IMG/VR virus record: IMGVR_UViG_3300012988_000001
Location: 124,001 to 188,000 of that record
Length of the DNA: 64,000 nt
Strand: one strand, 5' to 3'
Below are positions 38,592 to 48,687 of the stretch, piece by piece; position 1 is the stretch's first letter, and each line of letters starts with the position of its first letter. The notes under the pieces are model-generated. The model ran no database searches, was not told the origin of the DNA, and saw nothing but the letters and a program-made list of their open reading frames with translations. The position numbers and the translations under genes were made by a program.

Positions 38592-41500
38592 TTATCCTTT
38601 AATTAGCGTAGGTAGGATAGTACCCGGAATTTGTAGTGATGAACTATAAGTACTTAAAGGTATTACTGGATAATTATTTGCATAATCAACCATCTTATCT
38701 TCTTTCCCTAGGTTCAATCCTGTTCCCAAATATCCATCAGGATAGTAATTCTCAACTGTTCCATTAATAGCACGTAAAGCGTTACCGTTTTTACGTAGAA
38801 GCATCTGCTCTCCATTTAAGGAAATAACATCACCTTCTGTACTATTCGCACCACTTACCACATTACCATCAACTGACACTGATCCAACATTTGTTGGTTG
38901 TGAAACCACGGTAATGTTTTCAACGCTGTCATTGGTAATTACTGTAACTCTACTAGGAGAGGTAACATAAACATCGTCAACTAGTGGTAATGCATATGTC
39001 CAATAAGCGTCTGTAGTGTCTGTAGCTGGTACAAGTACTGGCTGGATTGTTGAAGTGTTGAATTCATAAACGAATATTTGTAGTGAATCGGTCATTTTAG
39101 TACGAACAAGTTCGCCTAGAACACCTTCACCATAAATCGGCTGGTAATAGCCGTGGTCAACACCATCAATAATTTCATTAGAAATATACCACACATCATA
39201 ATCATCATCGCTGAATCCATCAGTGTATTCTCCACCATCCAACATAACATCATAGAACACGTCATAATCCATCGCATCGACCGCGTAGGAGCGATTTGCG
39301 GCATATTTGACATAACTACCAGCATTGAATTCGGCATCGTTAAAACTCGTTACACGAAGCACAGTGATGCTTGTGTGATCTGAAACAGCCGACCATTCTG
39401 AACCATTAGTTGAATATGTTTGTGAGAATACTAATCCACCGATTGTAACGTTACGTCCACTTACCGCAGTAACTTTAAACATAGTAGGTCTGTTTCCAGT
39501 TCTAATATTGTTTTCAGTTAGGATAGTATGGAAAGTACCGTCAGCCGCAACAGCATCATAATCTTTACCTTCTGGGGTAAACACCATAACATTATCACCA
39601 ACTTTCAATCCATGATTGCTTCCTAGTCTAACAACACCATTTACGTTAATTACATCATACACATGGTTGACGTACTTAATTTCATCATGATACATGTTAG
39701 TTCTATCCATCAATGCAATTGCTTCTGCATAGCGAGGAATACTCACAACTGCTTCTGCTTTGTTATATGGGTTGAGGGTAATGAAACCTTCAACTTGGAA
39801 GTTACCTTGATCTTTAAGTTGTGGCATATTTGCCGCATCGTATGAATACCCATCAACCGTAAATCTAAGTTGAGACATATTTTGCTTGTTCGGGTTTAAC
39901 TCTGAAATGTCAATGAAGACTGAATCTTGAGTTGTGTTTACCGTATCAATAGCAGATAGCTCAATTCTCTTAGTTTGTGATTCTAGTGCTAAATTATCAA
40001 ATGAGTTCATGTCATCATAATAAACATTGGAGTTAAATGAAGTCATGATTTGTTGATAATCAGAGTACAATGGATTGTTTTTATCCATTGGTAGATCATC
40101 TAGATTTGGTTCACCAACAAATACGTTATCACCTTGAGTGATGAATTGGTCTTGCATGAAGTCTTCTAGACTTTGATTGAATGGTACAGTGAAATAATCC
40201 CCTGCATCATTACGAATCGATACCAACTTACGTGGAACCATTACCATACAGAATGCATCAAAATCGCGATTATCAAGAATTGCTTCTGCAAACGCATAGT
40301 GATCTGAATTATCCTTATAGTAACTATTACGCATAGCTGTTAGTACTAAAAGAGTGTCGTTGTAGTGATCAGTATTAATTGTCACTCCACCAATGCCATC
40401 ATCTTCTGTTGTTTCAATCATCCAGCAATATAAACCGTACTCATGTGCCAAATAGAAGTAAATGTCATTATCTGAATAGGTTGGGTTCTGAGCTTTCGCC
40501 ATAGAAACAAACTTATCAAATAATTCTCTGGTATGCATTACATAACCAAAGTTTTCACCGTTACTTGGTGCGAAACCAAATGGTAGTCTAGTATTTGGGT
40601 TATCATCAATAGATATACCTTTAAACGGACAATCAACTTGATCTTCAATTGCATCAATATCATAAGAAGTATAAAGTCTCAATCTATTAGAAAGAGTATT
40701 AAACATTCTATATTTTTGCATAATATCAATAGAGTCATCGCTTGATAGAACTTCATTGGTTGCACTAATTACATCTTTTGTGAATTGTTCAGTAGCTGGA
40801 ACATCCTGTTCTAATGTTTCGTACATAGCTTGTATACCTGCGGCAACACTAGTAGACATATTAAAATCTGGATATTTTTGAGTTAGAATCGAACCAATTG
40901 CATTATTGATTTGACTTTCATTTGCCACTGGGAACGTATATTCATAACGTTGTAATTTATAATGGCTTCCTTTTGTTAAGAAATCTTGCTCATTACTCTG
41001 GAATTGCTTATTAACATCATCTAGAATTGCTGCTGCTGGCATATCTTCATCAGGTACACACTGAACATTATCATAATGCATAATAACATCAATTTCTTGG
41101 AATCTTCTATTCGGTAATTCGAAATCACTCGGTAGAGAACCATGAATTTCCCATTTATTGGTTACGGTGTTAAATTGTGCATATTCATAATCCCAGATAT
41201 CAGATTGTGTTTTAACCCACTTACCATTAACGAAAATATATCCAGTTGGATCTAAATCATTTAGTAAGCCATTAATTTCATCACTATCAGAAGTTTTCTG
41301 TTCAATCTGAGAACGAATCTTAGTACGATATGGTTTTACTTCTTCGAAATAAGATACGATTTGTCCAATTAGGTCTTCACTATTAGAATAGTTCTGTTTT
41401 AGAGATTGGTCTAAACCAACAATAAAGATATATGAAGTTTTAAACACCCAATCAACCACTTGTTGTTCAGTATGAACATACTTAACCATATCAAACACAA

Positions 41501-44500
41501 CGTCACTCTGATGCATGTCGAATGAATTTTTAAGTAAAGCTAGGGCTTTACGAACGTTTATTTCAACGTTGGTTAATTCACCATCTTCATTGTATTGAGT
41601 GTAGTTATTGTATAGTTGGTTGTTCAACTGTAAAGTACTATTCTGACGACCGATTGCAGTCCATAGAGAAACGTTACGTGAATAATCTTTACGGTACAAT
41701 GTCCAAACACCATCTGCATCTACAATACGAATGATATCACCAACCTGATAGTTTTTAGTATCAGCAATGTCTAGTGAAATTTCTGATGTATATTCGGTAT
41801 ATTCATCATATCCAACATCATACCAATCAGCTAATGACCAATACTGAGTCATATCTAGAGAAGTTCCTAGAGTTGCAATATAATCAGATTGCTTAATCAT
41901 TGAATGCTGACCTTCACCTTTATTCTCTAGTGTGATTGTAATCGCAGTTCCTGATGAACTAGGGTTATTCATTAGATGAATATAACCATCGTCATCGTAG
42001 TGTACGAAATACACACTGGTTGAATTTAGTGGTGATGGTAAAGTACCATTGGTGCTTACAAGAACTGCATCGTTTTCCAAGAATTTTTGTTCATTGGTAG
42101 CAATAACAAGTTGGTTGTTATAAGTTAGTACTTTAAATCCAACTTCATTTGGGTTAGTTTGTAATGTTTTAACATTGAATACATCATTCATTACAACGGT
42201 ATTAGTAGTCATGTTAATATGGCGATAAATGTCATTAGCTGAGTCCACGAATGTTCTACGAGCTTCAATGATATCTTTAAACCATACTTTAGATGAACCT
42301 AATCCCAATTCAGTTTGTGGATAATGCAATTCCTGTACTTGACCATTCAATAATGTTTCTTGACCCATTAATGAGTTCCATAGGGAATTCCAAATTTCAG
42401 GGTTGAAATTATAACTGTCACCTTCCTTACAAAGTTGATACTGTTCGTGTTTTACAACGTCATCTTGATCTTCTTTATAAGATATTGTTAAAATACTCTT
42501 ATCATCAGTAACTTCATATTGCATATCTGACATGATGAATGAAGTTTCAGAGATTGGTGCATACCAAGGCGTATTCAAAGCGAGTGGATCACGAATAATA
42601 CGAGAAATTTCTTGACAAGACTTATCGCGGTTCTTCACTTGCGGTACATATATACCATTTTTAACCCAGAAATAGTACTTACGTACATAAGATTGGGTAT
42701 GAGTATCATATATAATGAATTCACTATAGTTTTCTTCCAATGCAGTTCCACTAGGAACATATTCATTTTCAGTTTTGTTTAGTTTAGCCTGTTCATCACA
42801 GTATCTATCCCAATCATATGGTTCAACTGGAGATTCTACCCATTCATAGATATTAATATCACCATGTGGTAAGATTTTACCCCAATTCACTCGTTTGTAC
42901 TCAAGAGTTGCTTCATTATCAACATTACCATTCGAATCATAGATTGGACGGGTATAGTCAACAAAGTATGCTTCTCTCGTATCCCACCATACTGTACCTA
43001 CTTTATCAGAAGCCCATGCCATTTCCTCTTCACCATTGCTATTATACAATGCTGGGTCATGTGCACCAGTATATGTGACGTTAGTCATCGCTGGACCCGG
43101 TAAAATACCGTTAATTGGGTCATAAAGGTTAATATACAACTCAGTTACGTTAGTTAATGAATTATATGTAGTCGCTTTCTCGAATAAAGTACTTTCAGGT
43201 GCTGCAAAGCTATATTTCTTATTAATATAAGAATCTTTATCAGCAGATGTTGCGAATCTTGATTCATAACGATACAATACAGGCTGTGGAGCACTGAATG
43301 TCATATCAATTGCAATGTTAACTGGAACAATTAGTTCATTAGCTGCTGAACCTGAATTATAATATTGCATTTCTGCTTTAAGTAGGTCAGGCATATAGTT
43401 AGTTTGGTCAACGAAGTAGAAATAATCACCATCAACCATTCCGTGTGCTGCACTTAACGTTAGTTTACAGAATTGTGTAGGCATATTATCTTCACTAGGA
43501 ATTGCCGTAATTGCAGTTAGCTTGATATTGGTATTAATTAACTCAAAGATGTTCCATGTATCAGACATATCCTGTAGCATCCAAACAGAGTTCGGTACTT
43601 CACCAGATTTAGCCATATACGATAGACGGTCAGTGTAAGCAGTTGTAAAATCTTTAGTACTGTAATCAATTTCATCTAGTGTTACTGGTCCAATATCAGG
43701 TAGATTGATGTTATCGCTTCTTCCTGAACGCATTGGGAATGCAAAATTACCTTTAGGACGAGTAATCCAACGACTATCCTCACCTTGTTCACCAAAGTAT
43801 ACAATATTATTTCCATTTCCATTACTAGTTGCATTTTTATCAAATGTAATTAGTTGTGGTTGCTGTTTAAATTCATTGTTTATCAATTGGAACTGTAGTG
43901 ATTTTTTGCCATAGATATTACCATACGTACCAACTTTAAACGCCCACTCTTGTAGTGCTTTATATTCATCAGTATTATATGATTTAGATACACGTAATAC
44001 ACGTTCTAGTACTTGATTTGAACCTTTATCTTTAATAAACCCTTTATAGAAGTTGACACGAGCAGGTTCACTGGTAATCATTCGAGTTAAGTAATCTCTC
44101 GACTGATATCCAATTAGGTGACGACCTAAATCACGTAGTGAAACATCCGATACCGGTTCTTCCACATCATAATAATGTTGGAAGTCAGTGACAAGAGTCT
44201 CAAAGTCTGGTAAAGTACCAGCTTCCAACACAATAAAGCCCGGAGCTTCTAAACGACCATTCCATGAACCAGTTACATAACCATACATACGAATTAATTC
44301 TTGTACTGAACCGTATACTGGAATATATATGGAATCACCAAATATGGTAACATCATCGAATACTACTGCATGTTCATATGCAACTAGGCTCACGCGAATT
44401 AACGCCATACGCTTATCAACATCATCAGCTAGACGTACTGTGAATACGTTACCCAAACGAGTTGTTTGAATTTCGTATGGACGAATACCAGTATTCTCAT

Positions 44501-47500
44501 CATCTAGTAGTGACCATACACCACCATTAAATTGAGTTACAGATTGAACTGAACCGAATTCAGATCCAAACTTAGCACTTGCAGTACTAGGAGATACAGA
44601 AATATATTCACCACGTACTGGAGATGTTAAACTCCAACTAACAAAATCTTTACCGATTTGTGTCCAATCCTGAATTACACCGTCTGTGTTTTGGTCTTCA
44701 AAAATCCAACCTTGTGCTTCTAGGAATTTACCATAAGAACAAAGGAAAGTGTAAACATCTTGATAAGAATTGAATACAGTTCCGTATGCATATTCTTGGA
44801 CTTTAGTAGTGTAATCTGAATAGGTAACAACAACACGATTTCCATCCGTGTATGTAGTTTTCTTTCCATTTTTATTAGGAACTAGAGTTTTAAATGTTGC
44901 CCCAACAAGGTCATAGCCATCAAGTTGATAAGCTGAACCATTCCAAGTGATTTTTACAGCACTTAGAGTTTCAGTACGTATAGCAGAACTCTTAACTAGA
45001 CCAATATTTTGACTTTCGCTGGAAATTAGACCAAATGATTCAGAATAGAAACTAAGTTGATCTTTCTTGGTGAATGCACCAAGTTTGTGACCAATATTAA
45101 TATAAGATGAGCGTAGCACATCACCATATTTTTTAGTTACATCCATATTCTGATACAATAGATGATCAGTAATAGCCATTTGGTAACCTAGTACTCTGTT
45201 ATTTTGTTCACCGTTGACTAATGTATTACTATTGAAGTTTAAACGAATATTTGATTCACCATATAGGAATTGAACATCATCTGTATAAACTTTCTTTAAA
45301 GTACTACCACGTGTATCATAGAAGTAGTTTGCAAATTGTGCAGGTTTAGCACGATATAGTAACATTGCTTGGTCATATGCAAACATAGCAGTGTTCATGT
45401 ATGTGAATTCCATATCACCCATATCACCATAAGCCCAAGGCTCTGCACGGTGATTTAGAGCACCTGAAACTAATCCAAGAACCTCTGGTGCAATCAATTC
45501 ATAAGTATAAAGAGTATCACCATTAGACGCAGTTCCGTTAGGAGTTAGGGTGAATGGTTGTTTACCAAAACGCTTATATTTGTCATACTGTCCAGCACGA
45601 GAGCCGAATAGGATTTTACCTAGACTTGCATCACCTTTGAATGTTCCAACATCCCATAGTCCACTAGGAACTAGATCGCCATTTTCATCAACTACTTCAG
45701 CCGTATAAACCGTAATAGATTCAGTTTCAGATAAACGAACAATAGTAGGTTCGTATTCTTGGTTCCACCAATCTGGACGTTGAGCAAAACCAAACATTTC
45801 CCACGGATGAGTTGATGGGCGGTAAGTACCGAACATGTCAGTATAAATTCCACGCCAAGAACCACGTGCTGGAATTGTAGTAGGAATCCCGTCTACAACA
45901 TAAGTAGTTCCAGTATAGTTCCAAGTTAGCCAATTAGATTGGTCATAGTTGTTTGTACTGTTATTAATTCCGTTAGTTGCAATAAAATTAATGTAACCAC
46001 GTAGTAAAAGAGTGTTGTACTCTGTTGCACTATAATCTGTATCTTGGAAGAATGGTGTAGGGAATAGATCACTAGCATCCATTGGTGGCTGATAATCTAC
46101 AACTTTAAATGCATTATCAATACTATTGAAAATACGATTTTCAAGTTCATAGATAACATCATCCATTTTGTCAATGCCGTTAATTACTTTATAGGATTTT
46201 GAAATAACACCAGTATGGCTTACGTTGTAACAACCTAATTCTTTACCAGCATACATATACGTAGCTTTCTGTGGTGAGAATGCTTTTAGAATACCCATAA
46301 ATTGCGGAGTCGGTGGAATGAAGGTACGACTCGTACCTACAGTACTACCAACGCTATCAAGATAGAATGGGAATGTATTGTTTTTACCAACATTGATAAT
46401 GTCAAATACTGCATCTACAATATTAGATGCACTGTTTGATAAGAAACCAGATTTATCATCTTCATATAGATTAATCATTTGGGTATTAAATTTGTTTAAG
46501 AAACGGAAATACTCATTTTGTAAGAACATGAATGCTTCGAAAAGATCAATATTTTCGTTAGCAGTGTTTAGCATTAGTGGAAGCATAGATGCTTCATTCT
46601 GAATAATAAACGTACCAACTGAGTTATCAACCAAGCCAGCTTCTAAACGTTCTTCATAGTTATTGAAATCGTTAACACTACCAGTAGTAATGTTTTTACC
46701 TACAACATCACGAAAATGAAGAGAATAATCACCCTGATGAATGTATTTGATAGATTCATTATATGGGTTATTTTTCAAGTTCGTTGGGATTTCATATGCA
46801 CCTAGATTAAAATCAGGAACAATATCTTTACTATAAGTACGGATTGTTAGTACTGAATCTTCATCTAGATTGATTGAAGAATCGATTACGATTTCATTCA
46901 AATAACCGTTACTATCAATTGTTTTAGTGAATTTATCAGTTTCTTCACCATTAATAATAACTTCTAAAATATCATTAGGGTTATTGGTATCAATTTTTTG
47001 TGCCAATTCGAAATTATGGTTATACACATCATATGCAACAGCATTATCATTGGTTCTGTGCCAATCTAGGAAAGTACTGTTTGGTGCTTTATAATATTTG
47101 TATGTAGAATCTATATCACGAACATATGCATACATATTTTCTAGTGGATATTCGAAGTTTTCCATATCATTTACAGTGTCAAATACACGGTACATGGATG
47201 TTTTGGTCATTTCTGGAACTTGGAATACATACTGTTTAGACACGTCTTGAGAACGAACCCAATCAGTTTTTAGGTTCTGTGTAAATTCTCCATTTTCTTC
47301 GCCAATAACATTATAATAGTACAAACCCGGAATTTCAGTGATTACACCTAGTTTATCAAATTCATAACGAACACTTTGAAGGAAGTTTTCAAATACATAG
47401 TAATTGTAAGAACTTAGTTCAACATTAGCACCATAAATTGAGCTAAAATTGTAATCGAAGTTAATTTTAAGCCCAAATAGTGATGAACCACTGAAAGTTG

Positions 47501-48611
47501 AACTTGGATAAATTTGACTATCACTTAATTTGTTACCATTGCGGTCATACAATTGGAATAGAGGGAAGGTATTAACACTATCTTTATTCTGTGCACGTGT
47601 CCACATAGTCCCTGTCCAGTACATTGAAGTATTGCCATAGGTATTACCTGATTTTACCAATACTACGTCACCAACTTGTGGCTCACCACTTGGACGGGTT
47701 GGGGTTTCTTCATCTTCATCTAATGCTAGACCGTATACGCGTGAACCATCATCCATAGACTTAATATAAACCTTATAGATACGGTTGTTTTCGCCGGGGT
47801 TACCAATACTTGTGAATAACACACGATCACCAGCTTTTAATACGAATCCATCAACACGGATATTATTGGATTGATTTTTGTTAACGATATCTTCTGGTTT
47901 CACTGAATCAGAGAGATAGTCAACTACACCACGGAACTTCGTACCGTAGTTTAATAGTTCAATATTTTTATTGTACTCAATAATTGGAGCCTGTGCACGA
48001 GCAAAACGCGTGTCTTGGGCCAATTCGTCAGTTAGTACTGTACCATCAGGTAGAGTTTGGCCTACAGTGTACCAGAAGTTTTGTAATGACCATTTGTTGC
48101 CATTTAAAGCACCACGTTCCATTACAACATAATCAGGAGCAACACCATATTCGTTATTAGTGTCCCATAGATATGTACTATAGTTAATTAGTTTGTTAGG
48201 GTTAATTGGTGGAGTCCAAGAATAAAATTTACCATTGAATAGGCGGTCTTGGTTTTCCGCTAGGCAGCCGTAATGCTCTAGATAACCAACTAGATCTTCA
48301 TAAAATTGTAGGCTGCGAATGCTTAGGTCTTCATTTTTTGATACGTAAGCAGGACTAAGCTGATATGCTTGTCTTTGTTCTGTTAATTCTTTGATAAAAA
48401 TCTTACCGGAGGCAGCAGGGGAGCTACTATCACCGATATATCCATCGACAATCTCTTGTTCAGCAGGGTTGAACCACTGTTGAATAATATCATCACAAAA
48501 AGTTTGGATCTGCTCTAAGCCTTGCATCCATTCTGGTAGTCTTTTTATGAATAATTTTTTATTAACAGCTTCAGCTACTTCTGAGGGCTGGAATTTAAAT
48601 TCGTTAGCCAT
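38592..48611 (-). CDS. Giant (3339 aa) virion structural protein, probable baseplate wedge component
   Basis: Own late promoter, follows gp6, aromatic/beta-rich, EEVKPYRTKIR motif; function inferred from position. Confidence 0.75.
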   Translation of the reverse strand: MANEFKFQPSEVAEAVNKKLFIKRLPEWMQGLEQIQTFCDDIIQQWFNPAEQEIVDGYIGDSSSPAASGKIFIKELTEQRQAYQLSPAYVSKNEDLSIRSLQFYEDLVGYLEHYGCLAENQDRLFNGKFYSWTPPINPNKLINYSTYLWDTNNEYGVAPDYVVMERGALNGNKWSLQNFWYTVGQTLPDGTVLTDELAQDTRFARAQAPIIEYNKNIELLNYGTKFRGVVDYLSDSVKPEDIVNKNQSNNIRVDGFVLKAGDRVLFTSIGNPGENNRIYKVYIKSMDDGSRVYGLALDEDEETPTRPSGEPQVGDVVLVKSGNTYGNTSMYWTGTMWTRAQNKDSVNTFPLFQLYDRNGNKLSDSQIYPSSTFSGSSLFGLKINFDYNFSSIYGANVELSSYNYYVFENFLQSVRYEFDKLGVITEIPGLYYYNVIGEENGEFTQNLKTDWVRSQDVSKQYVFQVPEMTKTSMYRVFDTVNDMENFEYPLENMYAYVRDIDSTYKYYKAPNSTFLDWHRTNDNAVAYDVYNHNFELAQKIDTNNPNDILEVIINGEETDKFTKTIDSNGYLNEIVIDSSINLDEDSVLTIRTYSKDIVPDFNLGAYEIPTNLKNNPYNESIKYIHQGDYSLHFRDVVGKNITTGSVNDFNNYEERLEAGLVDNSVGTFIIQNEASMLPLMLNTANENIDLFEAFMFLQNEYFRFLNKFNTQMINLYEDDKSGFLSNSASNIVDAVFDIINVGKNNTFPFYLDSVGSTVGTSRTFIPPTPQFMGILKAFSPQKATYMYAGKELGCYNVSHTGVISKSYKVINGIDKMDDVIYELENRIFNSIDNAFKVVDYQPPMDASDLFPTPFFQDTDYSATEYNTLLLRGYINFIATNGINNSTNNYDQSNWLTWNYTGTTYVVDGIPTTIPARGSWRGIYTDMFGTYRPSTHPWEMFGFAQRPDWWNQEYEPTIVRLSETESITVYTAEVVDENGDLVPSGLWDVGTFKGDASLGKILFGSRAGQYDKYKRFGKQPFTLTPNGTASNGDTLYTYELIAPEVLGLVSGALNHRAEPWAYGDMGDMEFTYMNTAMFAYDQAMLLYRAKPAQFANYFYDTRGSTLKKVYTDDVQFLYGESNIRLNFNSNTLVNGEQNNRVLGYQMAITDHLLYQNMDVTKKYGDVLRSSYINIGHKLGAFTKKDQLSFYSESFGLISSESQNIGLVKSSAIRTETLSAVKITWNGSAYQLDGYDLVGATFKTLVPNKNGKKTTYTDGNRVVVTYSDYTTKVQEYAYGTVFNSYQDVYTFLCSYGKFLEAQGWIFEDQNTDGVIQDWTQIGKDFVSWSLTSPVRGEYISVSPSTASAKFGSEFGSVQSVTQFNGGVWSLLDDENTGIRPYEIQTTRLGNVFTVRLADDVDKRMALIRVSLVAYEHAVVFDDVTIFGDSIYIPVYGSVQELIRMYGYVTGSWNGRLEAPGFIVLEAGTLPDFETLVTDFQHYYDVEEPVSDVSLRDLGRHLIGYQSRDYLTRMITSEPARVNFYKGFIKDKGSNQVLERVLRVSKSYNTDEYKALQEWAFKVGTYGNIYGKKSLQFQLINNEFKQQPQLITFDKNATSNGNGNNIVYFGEQGEDSRWITRPKGNFAFPMRSGRSDNINLPDIGPVTLDEIDYSTKDFTTAYTDRLSYMAKSGEVPNSVWMLQDMSDTWNIFELINTNIKLTAITAIPSEDNMPTQFCKLTLSAAHGMVDGDYFYFVDQTNYMPDLLKAEMQYYNSGSAANELIVPVNIAIDMTFSAPQPVLYRYESRFATSADKDSYINKKYSFAAPESTLFEKATTYNSLTNVTELYINLYDPINGILPGPAMTNVTYTGAHDPALYNSNGEEEMAWASDKVGTVWWDTREAYFVDYTRPIYDSNGNVDNEATLEYKRVNWGKILPHGDINIYEWVESPVEPYDWDRYCDEQAKLNKTENEYVPSGTALEENYSEFIIYDTHTQSYVRKYYFWVKNGIYVPQVKNRDKSCQEISRIIRDPLALNTPWYAPISETSFIMSDMQYEVTDDKSILTISYKEDQDDVVKHEQYQLCKEGDSYNFNPEIWNSLWNSLMGQETLLNGQVQELHYPQTELGLGSSKVWFKDIIEARRTFVDSANDIYRHINMTTNTVVMNDVFNVKTLQTNPNEVGFKVLTYNNQLVIATNEQKFLENDAVLVSTNGTLPSPLNSTSVYFVHYDDDGYIHLMNNPSSSGTAITITLENKGEGQHSMIKQSDYIATLGTSLDMTQYWSLADWYDVGYDEYTEYTSEISLDIADTKNYQVGDIIRIVDADGVWTLYRKDYSRNVSLWTAIGRQNSTLQLNNQLYNNYTQYNEDGELTNVEINVRKALALLKNSFDMHQSDVVFDMVKYVHTEQQVVDWVFKTSYIFIVGLDQSLKQNYSNSEDLIGQIVSYFEEVKPYRTKIRSQIEQKTSDSDEINGLLNDLDPTGYIFVNGKWVKTQSDIWDYEYAQFNTVTNKWEIHGSLPSDFELPNRRFQEIDVIMHYDNVQCVPDEDMPAAAILDDVNKQFQSNEQDFLTKGSHYKLQRYEYTFPVANESQINNAIGSILTQKYPDFNMSTSVAAGIQAMYETLEQDVPATEQFTKDVISATNEVLSSDDSIDIMQKYRMFNTLSNRLRLYTSYDIDAIEDQVDCPFKGISIDDNPNTRLPFGFAPSNGENFGYVMHTRELFDKFVSMAKAQNPTYSDNDIYFYLAHEYGLYCWMIETTEDDGIGGVTINTDHYNDTLLVLTAMRNSYYKDNSDHYAFAEAILDNRDFDAFCMVMVPRKLVSIRNDAGDYFTVPFNQSLEDFMQDQFITQGDNVFVGEPNLDDLPMDKNNPLYSDYQQIMTSFNSNVYYDDMNSFDNLALESQTKRIELSAIDTVNTTQDSVFIDISELNPNKQNMSQLRFTVDGYSYDAANMPQLKDQGNFQVEGFITLNPYNKAEAVVSIPRYAEAIALMDRTNMYHDEIKYVNHVYDVINVNGVVRLGSNHGLKVGDNVMVFTPEGKDYDAVAADGTFHTILTENNIRTGNRPTMFKVTAVSGRNVTIGGLVFSQTYSTNGSEWSAVSDHTSITVLRVTSFNDAEFNAGSYVKYAANRSYAVDAMDYDVFYDVMLDGGEYTDGFSDDDYDVWYISNEIIDGVDHGYYQPIYGEGVLGELVRTKMTDSLQIFVYEFNTSTIQPVLVPATDTTDAYWTYALPLVDDVYVTSPSRVTVITNDSVENITVVSQPTNVGSVSVDGNVVSGANSTEGDVISLNGEQMLLRKNGNALRAINGTVENYYPDGYLGTGLNLGKEDKMVDYANNYPVIPLSTYSSSLQIPGTILPTLIKG

Positions 48612-48646
48612 TTATTTCTCCGTAAAATTCATTTCAGTATTTGTTT

Positions 48647-48654
48647 TATTTATA
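48647..48654 (-). promoter_or_regulatory. Late promoter TATAAATA
   Basis: 35 nt upstream of ATG 48611. Confidence 0.75.
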
Positions 48655-48655
48655 G

Positions 48656-48683
48656 AAAAAGAAAGGCACTCATTGAGTGCCTT
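48656..48683 (-). terminator. Rho-independent terminator
   Basis: AAGGCACTC/GAGTGCCTT stem, T run on the minus strand. Confidence 0.8.
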
Positions 48684-48687
48684 AAAA

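Noticed and set aside
38592-48611. Giant ORF as a tape measure protein or virion RNA polymerase
   Set aside because: Not Ala-rich or helical, no polymerase motif seen, and the context is baseplate wedge.
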